Positions 13,276 to 25,499 of a stretch of 55,757 bases of DNA are shown one piece after another (position 1 is the stretch's first letter; each line of letters opens with the position of its first letter). The notes under the pieces were generated by a model, which was not told the DNA's origin, did no database searches, and was given only the letters and a program-made list of their open reading frames with translations. The translations under genes and the position numbers were made by a program. Location of the stretch: the NCBI RefSeq assembly GCF_001194135.2, contig NC_068986.1:110519983-110575739 (forward strand), in the 5' to 3' direction. Source of the DNA: Octopus bimaculoides (Eukaryota).

Positions 13276-13513
13276 TTACTCTTTTACTCTTTTACTTGTT
13301 TCAGTCATTTGACTGCGGCCATGCTGGAGCACCGCCTTTAGTTGAGAAAATCGATCCCAGGACTTATTCTTTGTAAGCCTAGTACTTATTCTATCGGTCT
13401 CTTTCTGCCGAACCGCTAAGTTACGGGGACGTAAACCCACCAGCATCGGTTGTCAAGCGATGTTGGGGGAACAAACAAAGACACACAAACAAAGACACAC
13501 AAACACAGACACA

Positions 13514-13557
<44 letters not shown>

Positions 13558-13717
13558 TATATACGACGGGCTTCTTTCAGTTTCCGTCTACCGAATCCAC
13601 TCACAAGGCTTTGGTCGGCCCGAGGCTATAGTAGAAGACATTTGCCGCGCAGTGGGACTGAACCCGGAACCATGTGGTTGGTAAGCAAGCTACTTACCAC
13701 ACAGCAAGTCCTGCGCC
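13276..13717 (-). mobile_element. Full-length, well-preserved SINE family A
   Basis: Minus strand: head ggcgcaggacttgctgtgtggtaag (A-box-like) and gggttcagtccc (B-box-like), CORE-like block, internal (TG)n, cccgtaacttagcgg body, and tail ggcggtgctccagcatggccgcagtcaaatgactgaaac(aagtaaaagag)n. Confidence 0.95.
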
Positions 13718-13797
13718 ATTATGTAACATTTTCTCCATATGTTTTTCTTTGTTCTACACATTCGCTTGCTTTCACCCCCATCATTTAATGATCGTAG

Positions 13798-13854
13798 CTT
13801 AGATTTTTGGAGCCAGCCAGATTTGACCAGTCTCAAAGGTAACCGTCCGAAGTT
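13798..13854 (+). CDS. Candidate 57-nt symmetric phase-2 exon (D-LDFWSQPDLTSLKGNRPK)
   Basis: Upstream pyrimidine-rich stretch, AG at 13796-13797 (moderate acceptor), donor TT|GTAAGT; open in the phase required by the 5020-5111 exon. Confidence 0.25.
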
Positions 13855-14439
13855 GTAAGTATGATCTGGAAACTTGACTGATGATCGAGGGCTGCGAATG
13901 ACTCATCCTTGATTTCTCCAGTCCTTCTTAGTATCACCTGTCTGTCCGGATGTTTTATTGTCGTCTGCTGCGTTTTTGTTCAATTTTTTGAATTATGTGT
14001 GAGTGCAGTATACGTTACCGAGGATCTGAAATCGCAGCAAAACAGTGATATCTACCGTTCTCGTTCACCAATAGTTTTTCTCGTGTCACTTAGTTTTGAG
14101 CCATGTTTAGTTTTTAACTCTGTACGTCCTAAAGGGATTTTCCCTGAACGAAATGCCGTAGCCTGAAGGTTTTTTGAACAAAACACACGCATTATGTGAC
14201 ATAAATGTTACTTATATTATTAGAGCTGCTTCCAACTTAACATTATATACATGTACACACACATTTCATGGACAGACACTAATACACGTGCACATATTAG
14301 CTGTTACACATATGCGTTTACCCACACATACAGACACATACACATACACAGAGGCTCATGGAAGCTTACGCTCTCCCACACTTACATACATACGTGTTCG
14401 CCATCCACGCATATATACACTCACACACATCTGCATATA

Positions 14440-14712
14440 CATACACATGCTTCGCAGCCTAGATCAGTCGGGTCACTGTTATCTCCCCTTCCATCGGCTT
14501 AGACTTTCCGGCATTCCCACATGTCGAACGCGTATTCCCGACATATTCTTCTCTCTTCTTCTTTTTCTCTCCGCCCTTTTTACCTCTCCGCCCTTTTTAC
14601 CTCTCCGCCCTTTTTACCTCTCCTTCCTTTCTGTCGCAAAGCGTAGGATCGAAATCTCAAAAGACTTTTACTCAAGTTTCAAACTAGTACACCTGCTTTT
14701 TCTTTTTGGTGT
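14440..14712 (+). mobile_element. PLE-type terminal (pLTR-like) fragment with a decayed hammerhead motif and a 17-bp x3 tandem repeat
   Basis: cctttCTGTCGCaaagcgtaggatcGAAATctcaaaag at 14626-14663 is homologous to the 29029-29066 and 54107-54122 motifs; (ctctccgccctttttac)x3 lies just upstream; the fragment ends at (TA)n. Confidence 0.55.
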
Positions 14713-14725
14713 ATATATATATATA

Positions 14726-15100
14726 NNNNNNNNNNNNNNNNNNNNNNNNNNNNNNNNNNNNNNNNNNNNNNNNNNNNNNNNNNNNNNNNNNNNNNNNNNN
14801 NNNNNNNNNNNNNNNNNNNNNNNNNNNNNNNNNNNNNNNNNNNNNNNNNNNNNNNNNNNNNNNNNNNNNNNNNNNNNNNNNNNNNNNNNNNNNNNNNNNN
14901 NNNNNNNNNNNNNNNNNNNNNNNNNNNNNNNNNNNNNNNNNNNNNNNNNNNNNNNNNNNNNNNNNNNNNNNNNNNNNNNNNNNNNNNNNNNNNNNNNNNN
15001 NNNNNNNNNNNNNNNNNNNNNNNNNNNNNNNNNNNNNNNNNNNNNNNNNNNNNNNNNNNNNNNNNNNNNNNNNNNNNNNNNNNNNNNNNNNNNNNNNNNN
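14726..15100. other. Assembly gap
   Basis: N run flanked by (TA)n. Confidence 1.
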
Positions 15101-15499
15101 ATATACATATATACAAATGTATATATATATACATATATATACATATATATATACATATATACATATATATAAATATATATATACATATATATATATACAT
15201 ACATACATATATACATACGTACATATATAAACTATTCAGCACTTCTTTTTTGCAGTCTTATAAATACTTTTGTCTCCATAAAAAGAGGAAAAAATATCTC
15301 TTGTCATATATATATATATATATGTATATATATAGGTGAGAAAGTTGGTATCTGAAAGCACGTGGTTGGATGTATAAAAGATAAACAAGAGTGAAAAAAC
15401 TACAGAAGGCTTGTGTTACATGGTTAAAGTATATATTTAAATTATGTCAGAAAAATGTTATAAAATTATTTTGGTATATCAATATTGTATTTGGAGAAA

Positions 15500-15600
15500 T
15501 GAAAGGATGAAAGGCAAAGTCGACCCCGGTGGAATTTGAACTCAGAACATAGCGGCTAGGAATTTTGCCCGGCGTGCTAACGGTTCTGCCAGCTCGCTCC
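15500..15600 (-). mobile_element. SINE family C, 5' part
   Basis: Reverse complement: gagctggcagaaccgttagcacgccggg...gttctgagttcaaattccaccggggtcgactttgcctttcatcctttc. Confidence 0.85.
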
Positions 15601-16769
15601 CAAAATTCCCCCTCACAACCAGGGATTAGGTTGCAAGCTTTCCAGGCGGAGAGAACCAAGCTTATGTGGAAGTATTGACAGAAATCATATGTTGATGGTC
15701 AAAACGTAACATATTGTAAGTATATATGGTTGTAAATTTTCCTGTGTCCTCATAATCGTTTGAAGGCAGGACGAATCTCTCCTTTGCCTACAAGCCAGGC
15801 TTATCGTGAGCAGAGCTCGGCTGAAGGATCTCATTAAAAGCTATGACAAACAAATCAACAACTCAGAATGTTGAAAGTGTGCAAAAAATGACAGCCACCA
15901 CAATAAATAGTAACAATAGAACGATTAATATTTCTATGACTAATGGAGAAGAAATATAAAAACAACGTAGAATGAAAAAAATCTAGGTCATGGTGAGGAG
16001 TTATTGGTGTGGGAGGCTGGTGCGGTTTTGGAAATGGTGGTGAAGATAATGGTGGTAGTGGAATAGTGGAAGATTCTGCAGAGAAAAGCAACGTTTTTAC
16101 TGTAAGCAAAGTGAATTTCCAGCACAGTTAGCAGACCAATCAGTTCATTTTCAAGTTATTACTACTGTCTGCCACTCAGTTCAAACTCGCTTTCAGTTGG
16201 CAGAACAAACGCAGAAAATACCTTTCCACAGAAATCAAGGACATTTTACATTTTTTTTCTATTTCTTCTATATTAGACGTGGAAATATTAATTGTTCTAT
16301 CGTTACTATTTATTGTCACTGTCATTTTGACTGCTAAAAATAACAACTAAATCCAGTGTTTCTTAAATCATATCTTAAATGAATTACCTGGTGCCTATTA
16401 TTCGTATAATAGACATAATGGTACTTTTACTACACATAAATAGAGTAGACCATATCCAAAAGAAAGAAACCTGACTGATTGCTAGCAGTTCAATCACCAC
16501 TATAATTCATTCTTAGCTGTCACTTCACTCTCTTTTTTTCTCGCCTCTGTAATATGCGAACGCTAATCCTCAGAGTCATCTAATTCTTTATCGCCTCTCT
16601 CGTAACTCTTCCATTCGTCACTCATATATTCGCTCCTCAGAGCAGGATTTAATTAATTTTTTAAATCAGTTTTTATTTCTAGAGTTTCATCTCTCCGGAA
16701 TTCTCTTTCAACGGTCTTTACCTCTCAGAATGTGATCGCTTTGGAATTCTCTTTTCCCGCATTCTTTAC

Positions 16770-16864
16770 CTGTAACGTTCGACTGTTAAATGTTCAAGGC
16801 GAACACCATCTGCAATAAACTCACTCGATCCTGGAAGTTCTTCAGCGTACAAGAACGTAGCCAT
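16770..16864 (-). CDS. Candidate first coding exon of an unknown minus-strand gene (MATFLYAEELPGSSEFIADGVRLEHLTVERY, phase-2 end)
   Basis: gaaATGG start context, in-frame TAG six codons upstream, donor CAG|GTAAAG, protein-like composition. No downstream exon identified and no homology recognised. Confidence 0.35.
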
Positions 16865-17029
16865 TTCCTCGGGAGTTAACTATTCAGAAAACGTCAACTT
16901 GAAGGAAAATGCTCACATTATCAATGGAGAGGGAAAACTCGCCGGGTATTTAGGGCGTCGGATAGAATGTCTGCGCATTGAGTTCTCACACCTCAATGGA
17001 CAGCAATTTTGTTTTTTTACTCTTTCCAG

Positions 17030-17081
17030 GCCGAGCAAATTCGATAAAATTCGTAACAAAACCAGACTGATAGAATTGTAA
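17030..17081 (+). CDS. Candidate terminal exon (x-PSKFDKIRNKTRLIEL*)
   Basis: Strong acceptor ttttgtttttttactctttccAG|G; the phase-2 frame is the longest-running and compatible with the upstream candidates. Confidence 0.25.
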
Positions 17082-19328
17082 TAACACTGTACCGAATACC
17101 TTGTGGTTTATCTCGAGTCCCTTCATAGCCTATGCATGTGGTAGACTTAATCTGTCCCCTATTTTAACACAACTATCTGACACATTATGTGCTTTAACGG
17201 ATTCCACTCTGTTGCATGGATTTGATCCATGTCTCTATAAGAAGATCATTTGCTCACCTCATTCTCTGTGGCCCTCAAAGTATTATGTGCACAACTACTT
17301 TTCTCGTTAAAAATATATATATAAAAAAAAACACGTAGATGAGAATTTAATCTGTGTTATAGAGTGAAGTTTTGAAATAAAGAAGCCTGAAGGTTTAATG
17401 TCAGAAATTTATAACCGGAAAACCAGTTAGAAACAAACAAAGCAAAGACAATTCATTCGTTCTGAAATGATTAAATTTAGCTCAAATGACACGTGAGTAA
17501 ATTGCAGATAGAAAACGGAAAATTTTCTTTCATTAGCGAACATTTAACTCCTTCCGCTCCTTGCCAAATATTTGAGTTTAACCAAATAGAAACAAATATT
17601 TATGATATCTAAGCTCATTCCATATTTATGGACTTCTGACCAATAAAATAATGGAACGTCATGGAAAATCAACAAGGCGAGGACCATGAAATATATAGCA
17701 TCATTTATCAGGTTTATGATTTTGAAAGATCCTTTTCCATTAGTTAATTAAATATAAGAATTATCCTGAAATTTATACTAGCAAATATATAAATAAATAA
17801 ATTTACCTATGTTTTCTTTTGTTTGTGTTGAGTATTTAAATTAGGCAAAAATACATTAAAATTACGCCAATTGACATCCTTTATGACTGGAAATAAAAAC
17901 AACATATTTCTAAATCTAAAATTTCGTAATTTTCCTAAAAAAACACTATCTAAATAAGTAAAAAATAAGAACAAAAAAAAAAAACACTCTAAGAGATTTT
18001 AACATTCCGCTTGAAATTCAATTGTGAAAATTTTGTGTTTCACCGAAATAAACATAATTTTATTTCATGGCACACACACCTATACACAAACATAGAAAAC
18101 AAAAATCTCTCTCTATATATATGTAAAAAAACCCCCAACAAACAAGAAGAATAGCATAATATGTATCTATATTTCTTACTAAATGACATGTATAGCCTGT
18201 TATATCAGCAGAAGAAGAAACAAATGCTTGTTTATAACGCTTCTCTTGCAATTATCTCCAATCGCATAGATATACGATAACACATTAATTCAAATACCCA
18301 ATTATATTTTATAGACACTCTCCGTTTGTTTTCAGATTTTTAAGGAAATTTCCATCAATCACACTGAAAACAGAGTACGTTGAATACATAAATATATAAG
18401 TGCCATAACTTCGTAGTTCTATTATTTTCTTAATGTTTTCCAATAAAATACCCTTTCACATTCATCCATATTTCAAAATTTACTTCCAATAACAATGAAG
18501 CAGACTATTTTTTTAAATTCTAGTTTACACATTTTATTTGTTTTGTTATTTTGTTCTTCCTTATATTCACAACATATACACGCAGACTTCAAATAGAAGT
18601 GCATAATAAAGCTAAAGTGACTATACAGCAGTTATTATACATATACTTGTGTCTATTATACAGTTTGTATAGACGTGGCTATATACATACGCGTATAGCA
18701 GTGTTTACCTTAATGTAAGTATATTCGATTATGCGAACGAATTTGATAAATTGCAAAATATATCGATTAATATTTCAAGTAATAAAATAGTACATGAAAG
18801 CGGAATGGTAAATACATGCATATGTTCAAATATAGACCGAAAGACGGCGAGTCGGAGATACAAACACAATCAGTACATGCTTAACATAAAAAAATATGCA
18901 TAAACAGTTATATATATGTATATATGTGTGTGTGTGTATGTGTGTGTGTGTGTGTGCGTATGTGTGTATATATGTATATAGTATATATAGTATATACATA
19001 CTGCTCTTTATGCGTGTGTGTGTGTCGTGTGCGTGTGAATGCGTGTGCGTGTGTCTAGATAGACGGACGCTATGTTTATATATTCGTTTATATATCTAGC
19101 AATGTGCACGCGTTGGAAGGCGTATGTTTGTACGTACATGTGTGTGTGTGTGCGCGCGTTCTTGTTTGCAGGTTCTTCTCTATGTTATTTTAGTCTTTCT
19201 CTTTCTCTCGCCCGAATTTTACTGTTCCCTTTTATTCTCCCAATTATTGTCTGTATATATCGTTTCTCTCCCTCCTCATTTCCTTTTATTGTTCTTTCTT
19301 TCAGCCTTTCTTTTTTCTCTCTGTATAT

Positions 19329-20326
19329 NNNNNNNNNNNNNNNNNNNNNNNNNNNNNNNNNNNNNNNNNNNNNNNNNNNNNNNNNNNNNNNNNNNNNNNN
19401 NNNNNNNNNNNNNNNNNNNNNNNNNNNNNNNNNNNNNNNNNNNNNNNNNNNNNNNNNNNNNNNNNNNNNNNNNNNNNNNNNNNNNNNNNNNNNNNNNNNN
19501 NNNNNNNNNNNNNNNNNNNNNNNNNNNNNNNNNNNNNNNNNNNNNNNNNNNNNNNNNNNNNNNNNNNNNNNNNNNNNNNNNNNNNNNNNNNNNNNNNNNN
19601 NNNNNNNNNNNNNNNNNNNNNNNNNNNNNNNNNNNNNNNNNNNNNNNNNNNNNNNNNNNNNNNNNNNNNNNNNNNNNNNNNNNNNNNNNNNNNNNNNNNN
19701 NNNNNNNNNNNNNNNNNNNNNNNNNNNNNNNNNNNNNNNNNNNNNNNNNNNNNNNNNNNNNNNNNNNNNNNNNNNNNNNNNNNNNNNNNNNNNNNNNNNN
19801 NNNNNNNNNNNNNNNNNNNNNNNNNNNNNNNNNNNNNNNNNNNNNNNNNNNNNNNNNNNNNNNNNNNNNNNNNNNNNNNNNNNNNNNNNNNNNNNNNNNN
19901 NNNNNNNNNNNNNNNNNNNNNNNNNNNNNNNNNNNNNNNNNNNNNNNNNNNNNNNNNNNNNNNNNNNNNNNNNNNNNNNNNNNNNNNNNNNNNNNNNNNN
20001 NNNNNNNNNNNNNNNNNNNNNNNNNNNNNNNNNNNNNNNNNNNNNNNNNNNNNNNNNNNNNNNNNNNNNNNNNNNNNNNNNNNNNNNNNNNNNNNNNNNN
20101 NNNNNNNNNNNNNNNNNNNNNNNNNNNNNNNNNNNNNNNNNNNNNNNNNNNNNNNNNNNNNNNNNNNNNNNNNNNNNNNNNNNNNNNNNNNNNNNNNNNN
20201 NNNNNNNNNNNNNNNNNNNNNNNNNNNNNNNNNNNNNNNNNNNNNNNNNNNNNNNNNNNNNNNNNNNNNNNNNNNNNNNNNNNNNNNNNNNNNNNNNNNN
20301 NNNNNNNNNNNNNNNNNNNNNNNNNN
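19329..20326. other. Assembly gap
   Basis: N run. Confidence 1.
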
Positions 20327-20416
20327 GCATATGAGGCCTATCGATGGTTTCGCTATAAAGTCCTTCTTAATATCTTTGAGGTTGAAGCGTGGAGGTGTAG
20401 GGCACCTTGGTTCCGT

Positions 20417-20447
<31 letters not shown>

Positions 20448-20696
20448 TTCCTTAAACGCCGCCTAGAATGCTACATCTTTTGCGTGATGCGGATATCATT
20501 CCGTCAATATTGCACACATGGTCTTCGCATCAATTTGAAAATCCACTGATGACTTGGCCCCCGTGCTATCTGCCAACTACAAAAATCGAACTCAGAACAG
20601 CTAGCAATGTTAAGCCACAACTATTTGACCACAACCAGTCCACTTTTCTTTAATAGTATACAAAAATACGTCAAAACGGAAGCGCATCGCATGTAT

Positions 20697-20888
20697 TTCA
20701 AACGTTCACTGGAGAAATTTCTTCAAAAGATCCCGGACCAACCGCCTACACGCGGATGTCTCCAACAATAATAATTCTTTGCTAGAGTGGGCCATGGTGA
20801 CCCATATATGACTAAAATATTTCAGCAGATGGTGTTATTAAGTTCGACTTGGCCTGGGCCTATACTGGCCGAAACTTAACAAAGTCAT
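20697..20888 (+). mobile_element. LINE 3' end (CR1/L2-group-like ORF2 C-terminus plus 3' UTR stem-loop)
   Basis: FKRSLEKFLQKIPDQPPTRG[frameshift]VSNNNNSLLEWAMVTHI* matches the FK..LDKFL..IPDQP..PGY....NSL type C-terminus I recall from invertebrate LINEs; followed by ttggcc...ggccgaaac. Confidence 0.6.
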
Positions 20889-20898
20889 ACACACACAA

Positions 20899-20937
<39 letters not shown>

Positions 20938-21346
20938 CATACATACACACATACATATGAATATATATATGTGTACTAGATTGTTACAAAAATCAGTGAC
21001 AGTAAGATGATGATAATCGGGCCGAAAATTCGAAGTCACTCTCAGCACTCTTTTGGAATCTAACAAATATGTTCTCAACAAATGCATTGAGTAATTCTTC
21101 GTTTTAATTCAAAATTACTTGTATTAAAACTTGACTTCAGAAACAAGTATCAAAATGTGTGTATGTGCATATGCATGATTGTGTGTGTGCATATATACAT
21201 ATATATATGTGTATACACACATACACGCACATACATATGTATATATATATATATATATATATACACATGCATATATATACATACACACATATATATATAT
21301 ATACATTTATATATATATATGTGTGTGTGTGGGGGTATATATATAT

Positions 21347-22234
21347 NNNNNNNNNNNNNNNNNNNNNNNNNNNNNNNNNNNNNNNNNNNNNNNNNNNNNN
21401 NNNNNNNNNNNNNNNNNNNNNNNNNNNNNNNNNNNNNNNNNNNNNNNNNNNNNNNNNNNNNNNNNNNNNNNNNNNNNNNNNNNNNNNNNNNNNNNNNNNN
21501 NNNNNNNNNNNNNNNNNNNNNNNNNNNNNNNNNNNNNNNNNNNNNNNNNNNNNNNNNNNNNNNNNNNNNNNNNNNNNNNNNNNNNNNNNNNNNNNNNNNN
21601 NNNNNNNNNNNNNNNNNNNNNNNNNNNNNNNNNNNNNNNNNNNNNNNNNNNNNNNNNNNNNNNNNNNNNNNNNNNNNNNNNNNNNNNNNNNNNNNNNNNN
21701 NNNNNNNNNNNNNNNNNNNNNNNNNNNNNNNNNNNNNNNNNNNNNNNNNNNNNNNNNNNNNNNNNNNNNNNNNNNNNNNNNNNNNNNNNNNNNNNNNNNN
21801 NNNNNNNNNNNNNNNNNNNNNNNNNNNNNNNNNNNNNNNNNNNNNNNNNNNNNNNNNNNNNNNNNNNNNNNNNNNNNNNNNNNNNNNNNNNNNNNNNNNN
21901 NNNNNNNNNNNNNNNNNNNNNNNNNNNNNNNNNNNNNNNNNNNNNNNNNNNNNNNNNNNNNNNNNNNNNNNNNNNNNNNNNNNNNNNNNNNNNNNNNNNN
22001 NNNNNNNNNNNNNNNNNNNNNNNNNNNNNNNNNNNNNNNNNNNNNNNNNNNNNNNNNNNNNNNNNNNNNNNNNNNNNNNNNNNNNNNNNNNNNNNNNNNN
22101 NNNNNNNNNNNNNNNNNNNNNNNNNNNNNNNNNNNNNNNNNNNNNNNNNNNNNNNNNNNNNNNNNNNNNNNNNNNNNNNNNNNNNNNNNNNNNNNNNNNN
22201 NNNNNNNNNNNNNNNNNNNNNNNNNNNNNNNNNN
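21347..22234. other. Assembly gap within a (TA)/(CATA) block
   Basis: N run. Confidence 1.
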
Positions 22235-22751
22235 TATATATATATATATATATATAAGAGGAATAACCACCAGAGAGATGGTCTCACTGCGAAGAATACG
22301 TTCTCAAGACATTTCAGCAAAGGCTAGAATGTAAAACGAGCAAGACAAAAGATACGAAATTTGGCAATAATCTCCATACCTAGGTTTCACGATTAATATT
22401 CGCAAATGTGAATGTCCGTTGTTCATCAGGGAAGCCGTTGCATGGAAAACTTAATTCACACAACTAGACACAAGACGTCCTCCCGAAAGAGAACCTGCAT
22501 AAATTTCTACCAATTATATTGTAGGGTATATTTCAAATGTCTTCAATTTGGCGCACTGAAACCAGAAAGAATTCTGCAGTTAATAAATTTCCACCGTGAA
22601 TTTACTGTTTAGAGAACCGCTTTGGTTTTTATTCCTGTTATATATGTATGCAATATAATTTCTTAATTTTCGGATTTTTTAAAGCATGCTTAAAACCACT
22701 GGTTTAAATTAATATTATTTAATATTAATTTCTATCCTGATTATTTTACAT

Positions 22752-22824
<73 letters not shown>

Positions 22825-23086
22825 GTGTGTGTATGTGCGTGTGTGTGTCTATCTTTCTATTTATTTATCTTTCTATCCTATATGTGCCTATCTTTCTCTC
22901 TGTTTATCTGTCTATCTGTCTATATTTCTATCTATATCTGTCTGTCTGTCTAGACACACATTTGCAATTTCGGACATGCTCGATTAGACATTTTCGTGTG
23001 GTCCATCACAATGATACTTCCAACCATCAAGGGAGAGATAAAATCTGTCTTAAGTGTAGTATAACCTGTGTGTGTGTGCGTGTGTG

Positions 23087-23126
<40 letters not shown>

Positions 23127-23584
23127 TGCGTTTGCGTGTGCGTGTGTATGTATATCTCTGTGTGTGTGTATGTGTGCACGTGTAATTGTGTGTGTTTACA
23201 GATTGCTCTATTTTATAACACGAACACTGGGAGATTAAAATAAAACCACCAATATCTGTATATGTCAAATGACCATATGTTCTCGAACAAATTCTTTTAT
23301 TTTTTACTCATGTGTTTCATCAATGCAGCTTTGACTTTGAACAAGAATCGTGCCGCTTAGAAACATATAGAAAGAAATTATTAAAATACAACGTTTTTAC
23401 TCGAAACCGTAAAGGTGTTTACATCGTTCAAATAAGAAGCAAATGTAAAAAGTATGATGTTATGGTGTTTTGTTAAAACGGGATGGAGATTATGATAAAT
23501 AGAAATTCTTTTTCTTGTTCCTTGTGAAGAGAGGTAGAAACAGTTATTTTGGCTTCTGCCGTTTCGTTTGTCTGAATATGTCAT

Positions 23585-23775
23585 TTACTCGTTCCATTCA
23601 TTGGACTGCGGCCATGCCGTGGCACTACCATGCAGATATTTAATCGAACAAATCGACTTCAGTACTAAAGTATTAATTAAGTCGATTAATTATTCCATCG
23701 GCTTTCACCTGCCGAACCGTTAAGTTACTGAAGCATAAAGAAACTCACACCTGTTATGAAGCGGTTGGGGATGGG
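23585..23775 (-). mobile_element. Old SINE family A, 3' half
   Basis: ggactgcggccatgcc...aatcgaacaaatcgac...gccgaaccgttaagttac. Confidence 0.65.
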
Positions 23776-23884
23776 TGCAGGCCCAGACCCAAAGACGCAG
23801 TTTCTGTTTAAAAATTCCCTCACAAAGTATCGTTGATGCTAGGCTAGAGTAGAAAACACCTGACCAAAATATCAGGCAGTGGCT

Positions 23885-24100
23885 ATGCCTTGTATCTTTG
23901 AGCAAGAGACTTCATTTCACGTTCTTGCAGTTCATTCTGCTGGCAAAAGTGAGTTGTGCCTGTATTTCAAAGGAGGCCAGCCTTATTAAAGTCTTCGCCA
24001 TGCTGAATTTCCCTGACGAACGACTTTAAGGGTACGACCACCTGCAATTTAATACCACGGGTAGCCTGATCCTTTGATTTTCTCAACTGGAACATCTAGC
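23885..24100 (+). mobile_element. Old SINE family D body and tail
   Basis: tctttgagcaagagacttcatttcacg...ttgtgcctgtatttcaaaggaggccagcctt...gctgaatttccctga...ttaagggtac...tcaactggaac shares its tail with 46700-46860. Confidence 0.65.
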
Positions 24101-24106
24101 AGTCTA

Positions 24107-24129
24107 TCTCTCTCTGTGTTTCTCTCTCC

Positions 24130-24185
<56 letters not shown>
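24107..24185. repeat. (TC)n microsatellite
   Basis: Read directly. Confidence 0.95.
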
Positions 24186-24193
<8 letters not shown>

Positions 24194-25268
24194 GTATATG
24201 TATATATGTATATATTTGTATTTAACTATCTGCGCATAGATTTATGCAAAAATGTATCAGTCTTTATATTCGAAAGCTTGCTCATGCTTATATAAACACC
24301 ATCTGAGCAAACGAACTCACCTCTCACTCACCACAAACACAAACAAAGACATATTTGTGCTATATACATTTTGCTTATATGTATACACATATACACACAC
24401 ATGCTAACGTACAAATATACCTACCTATACTAACATTCATCCATATATATTTATACGTATATGTCTGCATGTATTTGAAATATACGTGGGCTTGTGACTG
24501 TGTGTGTAAGGGAGTGTGTGAGTGCATGAGAACATGTGTGTGTGTGTGTGTGTGTGAAGTGAATGTCTGTGTTGTAATAAAATTTTATTTCGTCTAATCA
24601 CGTCATTTAACCATTTAGAGTGTACTATAAATGATTAGAGAATATTTTGGCTTATGAGCGGTGTCTATTTGAAATAAACGGAAAATATGTAATTCGTAAA
24701 TATCAATTAGAAAACTATGCCTAGGTCTCTGTTGCAGTAGACATTCTAAGGTGAGTAGATATGTCTGGGAATAAATACAGGTAAGTATTACGAAACACGT
24801 TGAAGTCTGGTAGTATTTGGCCACGAGGCCACAAGAAGGTGAATATAGAAGAATTATGCATACGTACACGCATACGCGTGTGTTGGCTTGTATATATATA
24901 TATATATATGCACATGCGTCTATGTATTACAAAATAACAGTATACATGTGGGAGTGTAATTGCATGGGTTTCTGTCTCCAGGTCTTTCTCCATTGGCTGC
25001 GTTGGATTCTGAGCAAGGAATGTTTGGTTCAAGGTGCTTTTGACCACCGCATATAAGATATATTTGTGAGCTTATTCATGTGATTTGATGATATCACACA
25101 ATCCATCAACGGCAGTTGTAGACCGTACAGAACACTGAGGAATGTAGACTGAGCCTTTAGCTAAAAAAGTGCCTTTTTCCGATACGCATGCCAACCGACA
25201 GCTCTTTCAACAACTATACATAAGTTACCTTTCTCACGACAAATTACTGCACCAAGGAGAGCACTTAT

Positions 25269-25325
<57 letters not shown>

Positions 25326-25434
25326 NNNNNNNNNNNNNNNNNNNNNNNNNNNNNNNNNCAAGAAAGTATGTTCATGATCACCTTTTACGAAACTTCATTG
25401 ACTTTCATATATTTATATTGATATATATATATAT

Positions 25435-25475
<41 letters not shown>

Positions 25476-25499
25476 CGTGTGTGTTAATATATATATTCT

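Noticed and set aside
20327-20416. Short element between a gap and (TA)n with ttaagaag...gcGAAACcatcgata on the minus strand
   Set aside because: Hammerhead-like but the core and helix II are imperfect; cannot be called without other copies.
24737-24780. AG/GTAAGT-bounded segment
   Set aside because: Stops in all three frames; no support beyond splice-like motifs.
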